DNA of 30,859 nucleotides from a virus (Duplodnaviria; Heunggongvirae; Uroviricota; Caudoviricetes). Every line of letters starts with the position of its first letter. The stretch's first letter is position 1. Shown piece by piece: positions 7,562-14,207 of the stretch. The position numbers were made by a program, and so were the translations under genes. The stretch lies in the IMG/VR virus record IMGVR_UViG_2740892488_000014, one strand, 5' to 3'. Below the pieces are notes generated by a model. The model saw only the letters and a list, made by a program, of their open reading frames with translations. It ran no database searches and was not told the origin of the DNA.

Positions 7562-7607
7562 CCCACCACAACAGGGGAAGACCCATAAATATACAGGTTG
7601 TGGCATT
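7562..7607. repeat. Right terminal inverted repeat of the ISL3-family unit
   Basis: The reverse complement reads AATGCCAcaacCTGTATAttTATGGGTCTTCCCCtgttgTGGTGGG, which matches 5674-5722. Confidence 0.6.
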
Positions 7608-7618
7608 GGGGGGAAGAC

Positions 7619-7798
7619 ATGAATATTCAAGAATCTATAGGCGAACTACCGGAAACATGCCGGGCTGTTATCAAGCGTAAGGACGGACACATCGTTGGTG
7701 TGCGTGTTCTGACCGATGATGAGCGGATTGCCAGCCTGATGGCGTTTCTCGAGTTGGCAGAAATAGCTGGATATACTATTACACCCCCTGACGCGTAA
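7619..7798 (+). CDS. Small hypothetical nin-region protein (59 aa)
   Basis: I prefer the ATG at 7619 (MNIQESIG) with the GGGGGGAAG Shine-Dalgarno. The track start at 7598 would lie inside the IS inverted repeat. Confidence 0.5.
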   Translation: MNIQESIGELPETCRAVIKRKDGHIVGVRVLTDDERIASLMAFLELAEIAGYTITPPDA

Positions 7799-7875
7799 AA
7801 CACGGTATAATATCGGTGCTGGATTGAACACCCGGCATCATTTTCTGAACACTGCCGCGCCACCTGGAGTTAACC

Positions 7876-8472
7876 ATGGCGCAGCATTCATTTATCAGGG
7901 TATCCGGCGGTTCGCTAATACCCGCGACACCAGACACGCAACGCTGGTTGACTGAACGAGTCAAACCAGGTGCTGTTGTGTATGCAGATTTCAAACAGGC
8001 GCGTAATCCCGCGTTTCATCGTAAATTTTTCTCACTTCTCAACCTGGGCTTTGATTACTGGCATCCGTCCGGAGGGGCTATTTCTCCTGCGGAGCGCGAA
8101 CTGGTTCACGGCTACGTTAAGTTACTGGCGTATTACGGTGGACACGGTGATGTCATGGCAGAGCTGGCTGATCAGTATCTTCTCGATGAGTCGGAAAAGC
8201 GCGCGGGGAGTATCAGTGCGGTGAAGTCGTTCGAGGCGTTTCGCGCATGGGCGATTATGGAAGCTGGGTTTTATGACGTTCATCAGATGCCAGACGGCAG
8301 TTTGATGCGCGTACCTCGTTCAATCTCGTTTGCAGCGATGGACGATCTTGAGTTCGGTCAACTGTATTCAGCCGTTTTAGATGTGCTGTGGAATTATATT
8401 TTGTTCCGCACATTTGCCTCTCAGGAGGCCGCTGAAAATGCCGCCGCGCAGCTGCTGGATTACACATCATGA
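7876..8472 (+). CDS. Lambdoid nin-region protein, DUF1367-like (198 aa)
   Basis: GGAG Shine-Dalgarno. The size and position (immediately upstream of ybcO-like and Q) and my recollection of the roughly 200-aa DUF1367 phage family support the call. The 4-nt overlap with the next gene suggests translational coupling. Confidence 0.6.
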   Translation: MAQHSFIRVSGGSLIPATPDTQRWLTERVKPGAVVYADFKQARNPAFHRKFFSLLNLGFDYWHPSGGAISPAERELVHGYVKLLAYYGGHGDVMAELADQYLLDESEKRAGSISAVKSFEAFRAWAIMEAGFYDVHQMPDGSLMRVPRSISFAAMDDLEFGQLYSAVLDVLWNYILFRTFASQEAAENAAAQLLDYTS

Positions 8473-8762
8473 AAAAAATCGACCTGAGAAAAGCTGCACG
8501 CAGTCGCGCTTGTACTGTGCGTATCCCCGGTGTGTGCAATCACAATCCTGAAACCAGCGTACTGGCTCATTATCGTCTCGCCGGAACGTGCGGCACAGCC
8601 ATCAAACCTCACGATATGCAGGGCGCTATCGCCTGCAGTGCGTGTCACGATGCCATCGACGGACGTACAAAAACGGATTACGAGCACGACTCATTGTTGT
8701 TGATGCACGCTGAGGGAGTTTTCAGAACACTGGCTATCTGGCGCGATGAGGAGTTTATCTGA
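8469..8762 (+). CDS. ybcO: YbcO-like nin-region putative nuclease (DUF1364)
   Basis: 97 aa. LRKAARSRACTVRIPGVCNHNPETSVLAHYRL...ACSACHDAIDGRT closely parallels DLP12 YbcO as I remember it (LRKAARGRECQVRIPGVCNGNPETSVLAH...ACSACHDEID). Confidence 0.8.
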   Translation: MKKIDLRKAARSRACTVRIPGVCNHNPETSVLAHYRLAGTCGTAIKPHDMQGAIACSACHDAIDGRTKTDYEHDSLLLMHAEGVFRTLAIWRDEEFI

Positions 8763-9433
8763 TGAGTAACGAGTATTTATTGGAATATACCCGCATAAAA
8801 CTGCGCGCTGCATTGCGGGATTTGTCTGGTGGTTCTAAGGGGCAACTGGAAGCATTGTGTGAGCACCCACCGGCAGACAAAAACGCATACCCACGCAAAC
8901 ATATTCACCGTGTGCAGCTGGAGGACCGGACCGTTGATGCTCTGGTTACGCCAGTTTACGCTCTGGAAAGTTTCAGCAGACGTCGCCCCGCGCCGCCGAT
9001 GAGTGATTTTGAATTTGCTGATTCATCCTGGCGGCGTTCTGTGAACTCGCTGGATGCAAGTCAGCAAGCGTGGTTGCGTTATTGCTACGGTGGTAACCTG
9101 GCATTCAAACACCAAACAGCTATTTGTGAGGCTGTCTGGAGTCGCTATAAAGGAAACATCCCCGCGTCAACTCAGAGAAAAGTAGTTAAGCGCCTGCTTT
9201 CGTTGGTGTGGTTGTCCGTGCAGGCGGTCGCAGCAGCAAATAAACGCGAGGATTTTAAGGAGATGGCCGGATCTACCCTAGCAGGAATGCTGTCGGTTTC
9301 TCGTTCCACCTGGTGCGAAACATACTCCCTGCACTGGGTAGGAATGAAAGAGGCGGTGAGAGCACTTGATGAAGTGGCACTTCTTGCAACTTTGCATCAT
9401 TATCAGAACCATTTAGACGACGTTTGCGTATAA
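8762..9433 (+). CDS. Late-gene antitermination protein Q (about 25-kDa Q family)
   Basis: 223 aa, the last gene before the late promoter and lysis cassette. It has the AWLRYCYG motif that I associate with the Pfam Phage_antitermQ family. Its ATG overlaps the ybcO-like stop (ATGA). Confidence 0.75.
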   Translation: MSNEYLLEYTRIKLRAALRDLSGGSKGQLEALCEHPPADKNAYPRKHIHRVQLEDRTVDALVTPVYALESFSRRRPAPPMSDFEFADSSWRRSVNSLDASQQAWLRYCYGGNLAFKHQTAICEAVWSRYKGNIPASTQRKVVKRLLSLVWLSVQAVAAANKREDFKEMAGSTLAGMLSVSRSTWCETYSLHWVGMKEAVRALDEVALLATLHHYQNHLDDVCV

Positions 9434-9436
9434 TGC

Positions 9437-9493
9437 TTGCAAAAACGAACAAAATAGGCCATATTTGACGCTAATTTGGTATGTTGCCAAATT
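9437..9493 (+). promoter_or_regulatory. Late promoter (PR'-like) candidates
   Basis: There are two overlapping sigma70-like arrangements. One is TTGCAA (9437-9442), 17 nt, CATATT (9460-9465). The other is TTGACG (9465-9470), 17 nt, CAAATT (9488-9493). A -10-like TATGTT at 9479-9484 could act as a pause element for the first. Confidence 0.35.
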
Positions 9494-9501
9494 TCTAAGA
9501 A

Positions 9502-9521
9502 CCTCGCCACGGCGGGGTTTT
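9502..9521 (+). terminator. Intrinsic terminator between the late promoter and the lysis genes (tR'-like target of Q)
   Basis: CCTCGCC-ac-GGCGGGG hairpin (9502-9517) followed by TTTTGTCGTTT. Confidence 0.55.
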
Positions 9522-9545
9522 GTCGTTTCTGAATCAGGAAAAATC

Positions 9546-9929
9546 ATGTCTGAACCTCTAACCGCTGGCGTTGCTGCTGGCTCGGCGGGGGTGACGTTTG
9601 CTGCGTTATTTCCTGAGGCAACACCTGCAGTGATGATCTGTGCGCTGGCAGGCGCAGCTCTCTATGTGTTGTCGTCCGGGCAGCATCGATTCTGGAAGCA
9701 GGTTATTTTCGCACTCATTTCGTTTGTTGGCGGTGTGTATTGCGCTGAGACAGCGTCAGCCATCATTACCGGTATTCTGAACGCGGTGCTGAGTCACCTG
9801 AACCCTCCCGTAACAGTAAAAGTCTCTCCCGCCATTGGTGCACTGGTTGCATCAGTAATCAGCGTTACATCACTGTTGCGGATCATGTCACAAGCTCGTT
9901 TATGGAAATCAGATAAGGGGATGAAATAA
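9546..9929 (+). CDS. Holin candidate (127 aa, multi-TM)
   Basis: ATG at 9546 with AGGAAAAA upstream. The track start at 9465 lies in the promoter. There are three to four hydrophobic segments (VTFAALFPEATPAVMICALAGAALYVL; VIFALISFVGGVYCA; PAIGALVASVISV) and a charged C-terminus. It is the first gene after the late promoter. Confidence 0.7.
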   Translation: MSEPLTAGVAAGSAGVTFAALFPEATPAVMICALAGAALYVLSSGQHRFWKQVIFALISFVGGVYCAETASAIITGILNAVLSHLNPPVTVKVSPAIGALVASVISVTSLLRIMSQARLWKSDKGMK

Positions 9930-10203
9930 TGACCCTGCACTCTGTCCTCATCAATGCCAATGCAATTATTTGTCTGATGTTGGCACTACGGTTGATGTTT
10001 TTTCAAAAAACAGGCCGCTATCGTTTTTTTCATCTCACTAACTGCTTACCTCGCGATTCTGTCTGCTGCGTGGATAGCCCTACGAATTTTTTTACGGGAA
10101 ATATACGCAGGTTGATCCCGCAGAGTTCTTTCTCAACCTCACCATCTGTATTGCTGTCTGGCGGGCACGAGGGAATATTTCAAAAATAACAGGAGACAGG
10201 TAA
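9929..10203 (+). CDS. Second small lysis-cassette membrane protein (holin/antiholin-like, ~90 aa); frameshifted twice as sequenced
   Basis: Removing one T from each of the T7 runs at 10024-10030 and 10087-10093 gives MTLHSVLINANAIICLMLALRLMFFQKTGRYRFFISLTAYLAILSAAWIALRIFYGKYTQVDPAEFFLNLTICIAVWRARGNISKITGDR. Its stop overlaps the endolysin start (TAATG at 10201-10205). Confidence 0.6.
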
Positions 10204-10682
10204 TGACGGATCCTAAATGGCTAATCGAGGCTCGAAAAAACCTCGGCATTCGGGAAATGAAAGGGAAGCAACATGCTGCAGAAATTGTGCAGTACTGGAA
10301 AGATATCAAACGCGGCGGCATTAAGGATGACGAAACACCGTGGTGCGCTGCTTTCACCGGGGCAATGCTGGAACGTGCGGGTATTCGCTCAACGCGTTTT
10401 GAGTCTGCGAATTCTTATCTCGATTGGGGTAATGAACTGAAGGAACCCGCCTATGGATGCATTGCTATTCTGTCTCGGTCTGGCGGTGGTCACGTCGGCT
10501 TTGTTGTCGGGAAAAATGCCGCCGGGGATTTAATGATTTTGGGGGGCAACCAGGCAGATGAAGTAAATATCAAAGCTTTTCCTCGTTCCCGCGTAACAGG
10601 CTACCGCTGGCCAGCAGGTCAAACGGATGTTCCACAATCACTTCCATTGGTGAATGCTGAGAAATCTATCTCAGAAGCGTAG
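10203..10682 (+). CDS. Endolysin, CHAP/NlpC-P60-like cysteine peptidase fold (TIGR02594-type)
   Basis: 159 aa. Catalytic-type motifs TPWCAAF (Cys) and GGGHVGFVVG (His). It sits directly after the holin genes. Confidence 0.75.
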   Translation: MTDPKWLIEARKNLGIREMKGKQHAAEIVQYWKDIKRGGIKDDETPWCAAFTGAMLERAGIRSTRFESANSYLDWGNELKEPAYGCIAILSRSGGGHVGFVVGKNAAGDLMILGGNQADEVNIKAFPRSRVTGYRWPAGQTDVPQSLPLVNAEKSISEA

Positions 10683-10689
10683 GTAAAAC

Positions 10690-10884
10690 GTGAAAAAACT
10701 TCTCTTAGCTGTCGCGTTCTTCACGCTGGCAGGCTGCACACATTCGACATACACCGAAGCGACTCGCGCTGACGGCAGCAGTATTAAACACGTGATGATC
10801 GCGCCGGGTACGAAGATTACTACTGCGAACGGTGGTTGTATTGATTCAACCGGGGCAGAGGCTTCATGCCTTGGTGGAAAATAG
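10690..10884 (+). CDS. Small lipoprotein (o-spanin or other lysis/exclusion lipoprotein)
   Basis: GTG start. Signal peptide MKKLLLAVAFFTLAG|C with an LAGC lipobox. The mature part is 49 aa with three Cys and has no C-terminal TM segment. Confidence 0.6.
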   Translation: MKKLLLAVAFFTLAGCTHSTYTEATRADGSSIKHVMIAPGTKITTANGGCIDSTGAEASCLGGK

Positions 10885-10905
10885 GGTAATTTACTTTAAC
10901 GAGAG

Positions 10906-10929
10906 GCCGCCTTTTTGTTTTAAGGCGGC
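10906..10929. terminator. Stem-loop between the convergent lysis cassette and the minus-strand moron
   Basis: GCCGCCTT-tttgtttt-AAGGCGGC (8-bp stem). There is no clean U-tract after it on either strand. Confidence 0.35.
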
Positions 10930-10943
10930 ACACATTCAACAGA

Positions 10944-11204
10944 TTAAGGTAACTGATTTGACCATTTTGTTGCGCGCCAGTTGTTCTGAACCATAATCTT
11001 CTGAAGTATCTCATCTGAAGGCTCTGCTTCGCCGCTTAGCCATTCTCTTAAAGTTGAACAATTTAGATAAGAGGAGTTCGCACGATAAAAAGATACGATG
11101 GCGTCCTCTGATAACTTCTCAGGAAACTTTTTTGGGTCAGCTTCTTTTAATATTACGCTCATTAAGGCTTCAATTTTTTCTCTGTTCATTTTTTGCGTTC
11201 TCAT
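10944..11204 (-). CDS. Hypothetical 81-86-aa protein on the opposite strand (moron at the lambda bor position), HTH-like C-terminal half
   Basis: Intact ORF. The start is ambiguous (ATG at 11204 or 11189). The segment STLREWLSGEAEPSDEILQKI resembles an Xre-type HTH. It is AT-rich relative to its neighbours. Confidence 0.5.
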   Translation of the reverse strand: MRTQKMNREKIEALMSVILKEADPKKFPEKLSEDAIVSFYRANSSYLNCSTLREWLSGEAEPSDEILQKIMVQNNWRATKWSNQLP

Positions 11205-11429
11205 GGTTGTTGTTTTTCTGTAATGATATCAATAAGTTCAAGATATATACATATATGGAAAACTTGTTCGGTAGTCTATCGATACAGCACAAAAGGATGG
11301 CTCGCTGCCAAAGTGAAAGCTTACGCTGATAATCAGATACACAAAGCTGATGTATGCAAACAAGTACGCCGCGAGGCTACAGTTGAGTTTGATGAACCTG
11401 ATGCGAGCCCCTAATTCCTGTCCTGAAAG

Positions 11430-11557
11430 GGAGATAGCCCCCTGGTCGCGGGTCCTTTCCGAAATCCAAAACACCGAGGGTCGGTAGACGCGCAAAAACT
11501 CGCTCGTTTTTAGTATTTTTTCATTTTGGGTATTTCCGGTTCCGGTGAGGATTTTTA
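11430..11557 (+). other. cos-like packaging site region (cosN/cosB candidate)
   Basis: It lies immediately upstream of the Nu1-like gene. GGTCGCGGGTCCTTTCC (11444-11460) resembles lambda GACCTCGCGGGTTTTCGC at the cohesive end. TTTTCATTTTGGGTATTTCCGGTTCCGGT (11518-11546) resembles lambda TTTATGAAAATTTTCCGGTTTAAGG. The TTCCG motif occurs three times. Confidence 0.4.
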
Positions 11558-12124
11558 ATGGCAAGTCAGGCTGAGGTTGCAGCACATTTACTGCTATCTG
11601 ATCGTCGTCTGCGCGATCTCGCAAAACTTCCGGGAGCACCAGTCCCACAAGGACGTGGTGATTGGGAGCTAGACGCATGGCGCCATTTTTATATTCGTTA
11701 TCTCCGGAGCAATAGACGCGACACAACTAGTAATGACGAACCGGAAGCGGGGGACAATTCTCCCGAAAAAAATCGCGAGCAGTGGCTGAAAAATGAGGAA
11801 CGACAGGAGCGAATCCTGATGGCACGAGTAAAACGCCGCATTCTCGCTAAACGCTACGCGCCAATTGAATTAATTAGCGTCGCTGTATCTCGCGTCGCCG
11901 TTGAATTACGTACCCGCGTCGAGTCGTGGCCACCACGCCTGAAAAAGGTCTGGCCGGAGATGCCGCAAGAGGCGAGCAGTGTATTACGAGAGGAGCTGGC
12001 GATAGCCTTAAATGAGTTGTCAGACATACGAATCGACTTCAGCGATTACGATGTCAGCGATATCGAACGCGATCTCGACAGGGTTGAATCCCTTGCGCGT
12101 GACGATACCGATGACGGGTGTTGA
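11558..12124 (+). CDS. Terminase small subunit (lambda Nu1-like)
   Basis: 188 aa. The N-terminal winged-HTH-like segment QAEVAAHLLLSDRRLRDLAKLPGAPVPQGRG...DAWRHFYIRYLR parallels lambda Nu1 (KKQLADIFGASIRTIQNWQEQGMPVLRGGGKG...AVIKWYAER). It overlaps the start of the large subunit. Confidence 0.75.
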   Translation: MASQAEVAAHLLLSDRRLRDLAKLPGAPVPQGRGDWELDAWRHFYIRYLRSNRRDTTSNDEPEAGDNSPEKNREQWLKNEERQERILMARVKRRILAKRYAPIELISVAVSRVAVELRTRVESWPPRLKKVWPEMPQEASSVLREELAIALNELSDIRIDFSDYDVSDIERDLDRVESLARDDTDDGC

Positions 12125-13974
12125 GTGGGCTGATAAATATTTTTATCTCCCTGAGGGCTCCAGCCACATCGCTGGGCACTGGACGACTCAGCCGGTCCAG
12201 GTAGTGATGCTCAATATGATGACGAACGACGCGATAAAAATCGTGTCTGTTCGCAAATCAGCTCGTCTCGGTTATACAAAAATACTCGTCGCGGCGCTGC
12301 TCTATTTCGCTGAGCACAAAAAACGTAGTGCCGTGGTCTATCAGCCTATCGATGACGAATCGGATGGATTTGTCGCCGACGAGGTTGACCCCGCTATCGC
12401 CGAAATGCCAGTGATTCAGAAAATTTTCCCCGACTGGGATAAAAGCAACGAGCGTAACAATCTCCAGCGTAAAGAAATGAGCGGCGCGATTCTTGATTTT
12501 CGCGGCGCGAGTGCACCAGGAAATTTCCGGCGACTAACGAAACAGGTTGTCGAGGGTGACGAAGTTGACGGCTGGCCGCTGGAAGTTGCCAAAAAAGGCA
12601 AAGGCGAGGGCTCGCCCATCGAACTGGCGCTCGTTCGAATTAAAGGGGCAGCGTACCCGAAGGCGATTTTTGGTTCGACGCCGACCGTTACCGGCAAAAG
12701 TCATATCGAAATGCTCGAAGACGCTGCCGATCTGACGTTTCGTTTTTACCTGACATGTCCGCATTGTGGCGAGGAGCAGGTCCTGGTATTTGGTTTCGAC
12801 GGTATCGAATACGGCCTCAAATGGGATAACAGCCTGCAGACCAATGAGGCGAAATCGTCGTCCGCGTATTACCAGTGCTGCCACTGCCCGGAACATTTTT
12901 TACTATCGCGATCTCGAAAAAATGGAGTTCGGGGGGCGCTGGATAGCCGAGGACTGCACCTGGACCCGAGACGGCATTCATTTTTTTGATCATGACGGTG
13001 GCGTCGTTCGCGCGCCGAAACACGCTGCGATCGTGATAAACGCCCTGTATTCACTAAACCTCGATGGATGGGGCGAGATTGTCAGCGAGTGGCTGAAAGC
13101 GAAAGGCGACCCGCTCAAGGAAAAGACGTTTCATAACACGACGCTCGGCGAACTCTGGAGCGACGTGGCCAGCGAGCAGCTGGAGCACGATATTCTGGTT
13201 AATCGCCGGGAAAAATACGCCAGCCAGGTTCCTGACGGTGTTGTTTATATAACCGGCGGCATCGACTCTCAGACGTCCGGGCGCTACGAGTGTTATGTGT
13301 GGGGCTGGGGAGCCGAGGAGGAGTGCTGGCTGATTGATAAAACAATCGTCCTCGGTCGCTACGACGAGGAGGACACGCTGCAGCGCGTCGACGGAGTGAT
13401 TCGCAAACAATACCGGCGCAGCGACGGGACCACAATCGGCGTCAGTCGCTGGGCGTGGGATACCGGTGGTATAGATGCGCAGGTCGTTTATAACCGCTCG
13501 CTGAAACTCGGTCCGCTGTGGGTCATTCCAATCAAGGGCGCGAGCTCATACGGCCAGCCGGTCGTAAATATGCCTCGTACCCGTAACGCGAATAAAGTGT
13601 ATTTGTCGTTGATTGGGACAGATACAGCGAAAGACCTGCTCGCAATGCGCCTGCAGCTGGAACCCGACTCCAAATCGGCGACACCAGGTGCGATTCATTT
13701 TCCCAACGACGACGAAATATTCAGCACGACAGAGGCAAAACAGCTCGTCTCCGAGGTTCTGATCCCGAAACTCATTAACGGTCGCGTCGTTTATCGTTGG
13801 GACAACCAGGGCCGGCGAAATGAGGCGCTCGACTGCTGGGTGTACGGACTGGCAGCGCTGCGTATCAGTAAAATTCGTTTCCAGCTCAATCTCGAGACGC
13901 TCGCTGAGCAACGGAAAAAATCACAAAACAAACTGTCTCTCGAGGAGATGGCCAGAATGCTCGGAGGGAGCTAA
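12111..13974 (+). CDS. Terminase large subunit (lambda gpA-like); frameshifted as sequenced
   Basis: Start MTGVEWADKYFYLPEGSS (compare lambda gpA VEWADANYYLP). Track ORFs 12012-12989 and 12766-13974 join (..CCHCPEH|FYYRDLEKMEFGGRWIAEDC..) when one T is removed from the T6 run at 12896-12901. Confidence 0.9.
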
Positions 13975-14207
13975 TGACGTCGCGCGAGGTTTTAACAGAA
14001 CGACTGCTGGAAGCGGAAATCGCTCTGCACAAATTATTAACGGGTAAATCGACCGTGTCGCTGTCTCACGGCGATTCAGCAGGAAATAACCGGAGCTATC
14101 AATACTCGCAGGCGAGTATTGAGCAGCTCCGAACGTACATTATCGAGCTGAAATCACAGCTCGGTCTGAGTACGGGACGCCGTCGGCCCGTGGGAGTTCG
14201 ATTATGA
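13974..14207 (+). CDS. Head-tail joining protein (lambda gpW-like)
   Basis: 77 aa. LEAEIALHKLLTGKS...SIEQLRTYIIELKSQLG..GRRRP parallels lambda gpW (ARAALHDLMTGKR...SVSDLKKYIAELEVQTG..RRRGP). Confidence 0.85.
   Translation: MTSREVLTERLLEAEIALHKLLTGKSTVSLSHGDSAGNNRSYQYSQASIEQLRTYIIELKSQLGLSTGRRRPVGVRL

Larger units (their letters stand above)
5674..7607 (-). mobile_element. ISL3-family element (about 1.93 kb) carrying a ClbS/DfsB-family passenger gene
   Basis: Imperfect terminal inverted repeats 5674-5722 and 7562-7607 bracket the ISL3-type transposase and the DUF1706 gene. The core 23-mer is 21/23 identical, and identical blocks of 7, 7, 14 and 7 nt flank it. I found no target-site duplication. 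Confidence 0.6.

Noticed and set aside
7574-7618. GGGGAAGAC repeats considered as CRISPR-like or tandem-repeat structure
   Set aside because: There are only four short copies, in mixed orientation, tied to the IS ends and to a ribosome-binding site. There is no repeat-spacer periodicity.
7627-7994. Minus-strand ORFs 7627-7863, 7646-7831 and 7779-7994
   Set aside because: They are antisense to the co-linear nin-region genes and intergenic DNA, with no translation signals.
9465-9545. N-terminal extension of the holin ORF (track start 9465)
   Set aside because: It would begin within the late promoter and read through the terminator hairpin. The ATG at 9546 follows a purine-rich ribosome-binding site and gives a typical holin N-terminus.
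11193-11726. ORFs 11193-11414 (+), 11054-11329 (+) and 11238-11726 (-)
   Set aside because: They cross the moron promoter region, the cos-like region and the 5' end of the Nu1-like gene. They have no ribosome-binding sites and implausible sequences.
12012-12110. Track start at 12012 for the large terminase
   Set aside because: That stretch is the 3' end of the small-subunit gene read in another frame. The lambda gpA-like N-terminus begins at the ATG at 12111.
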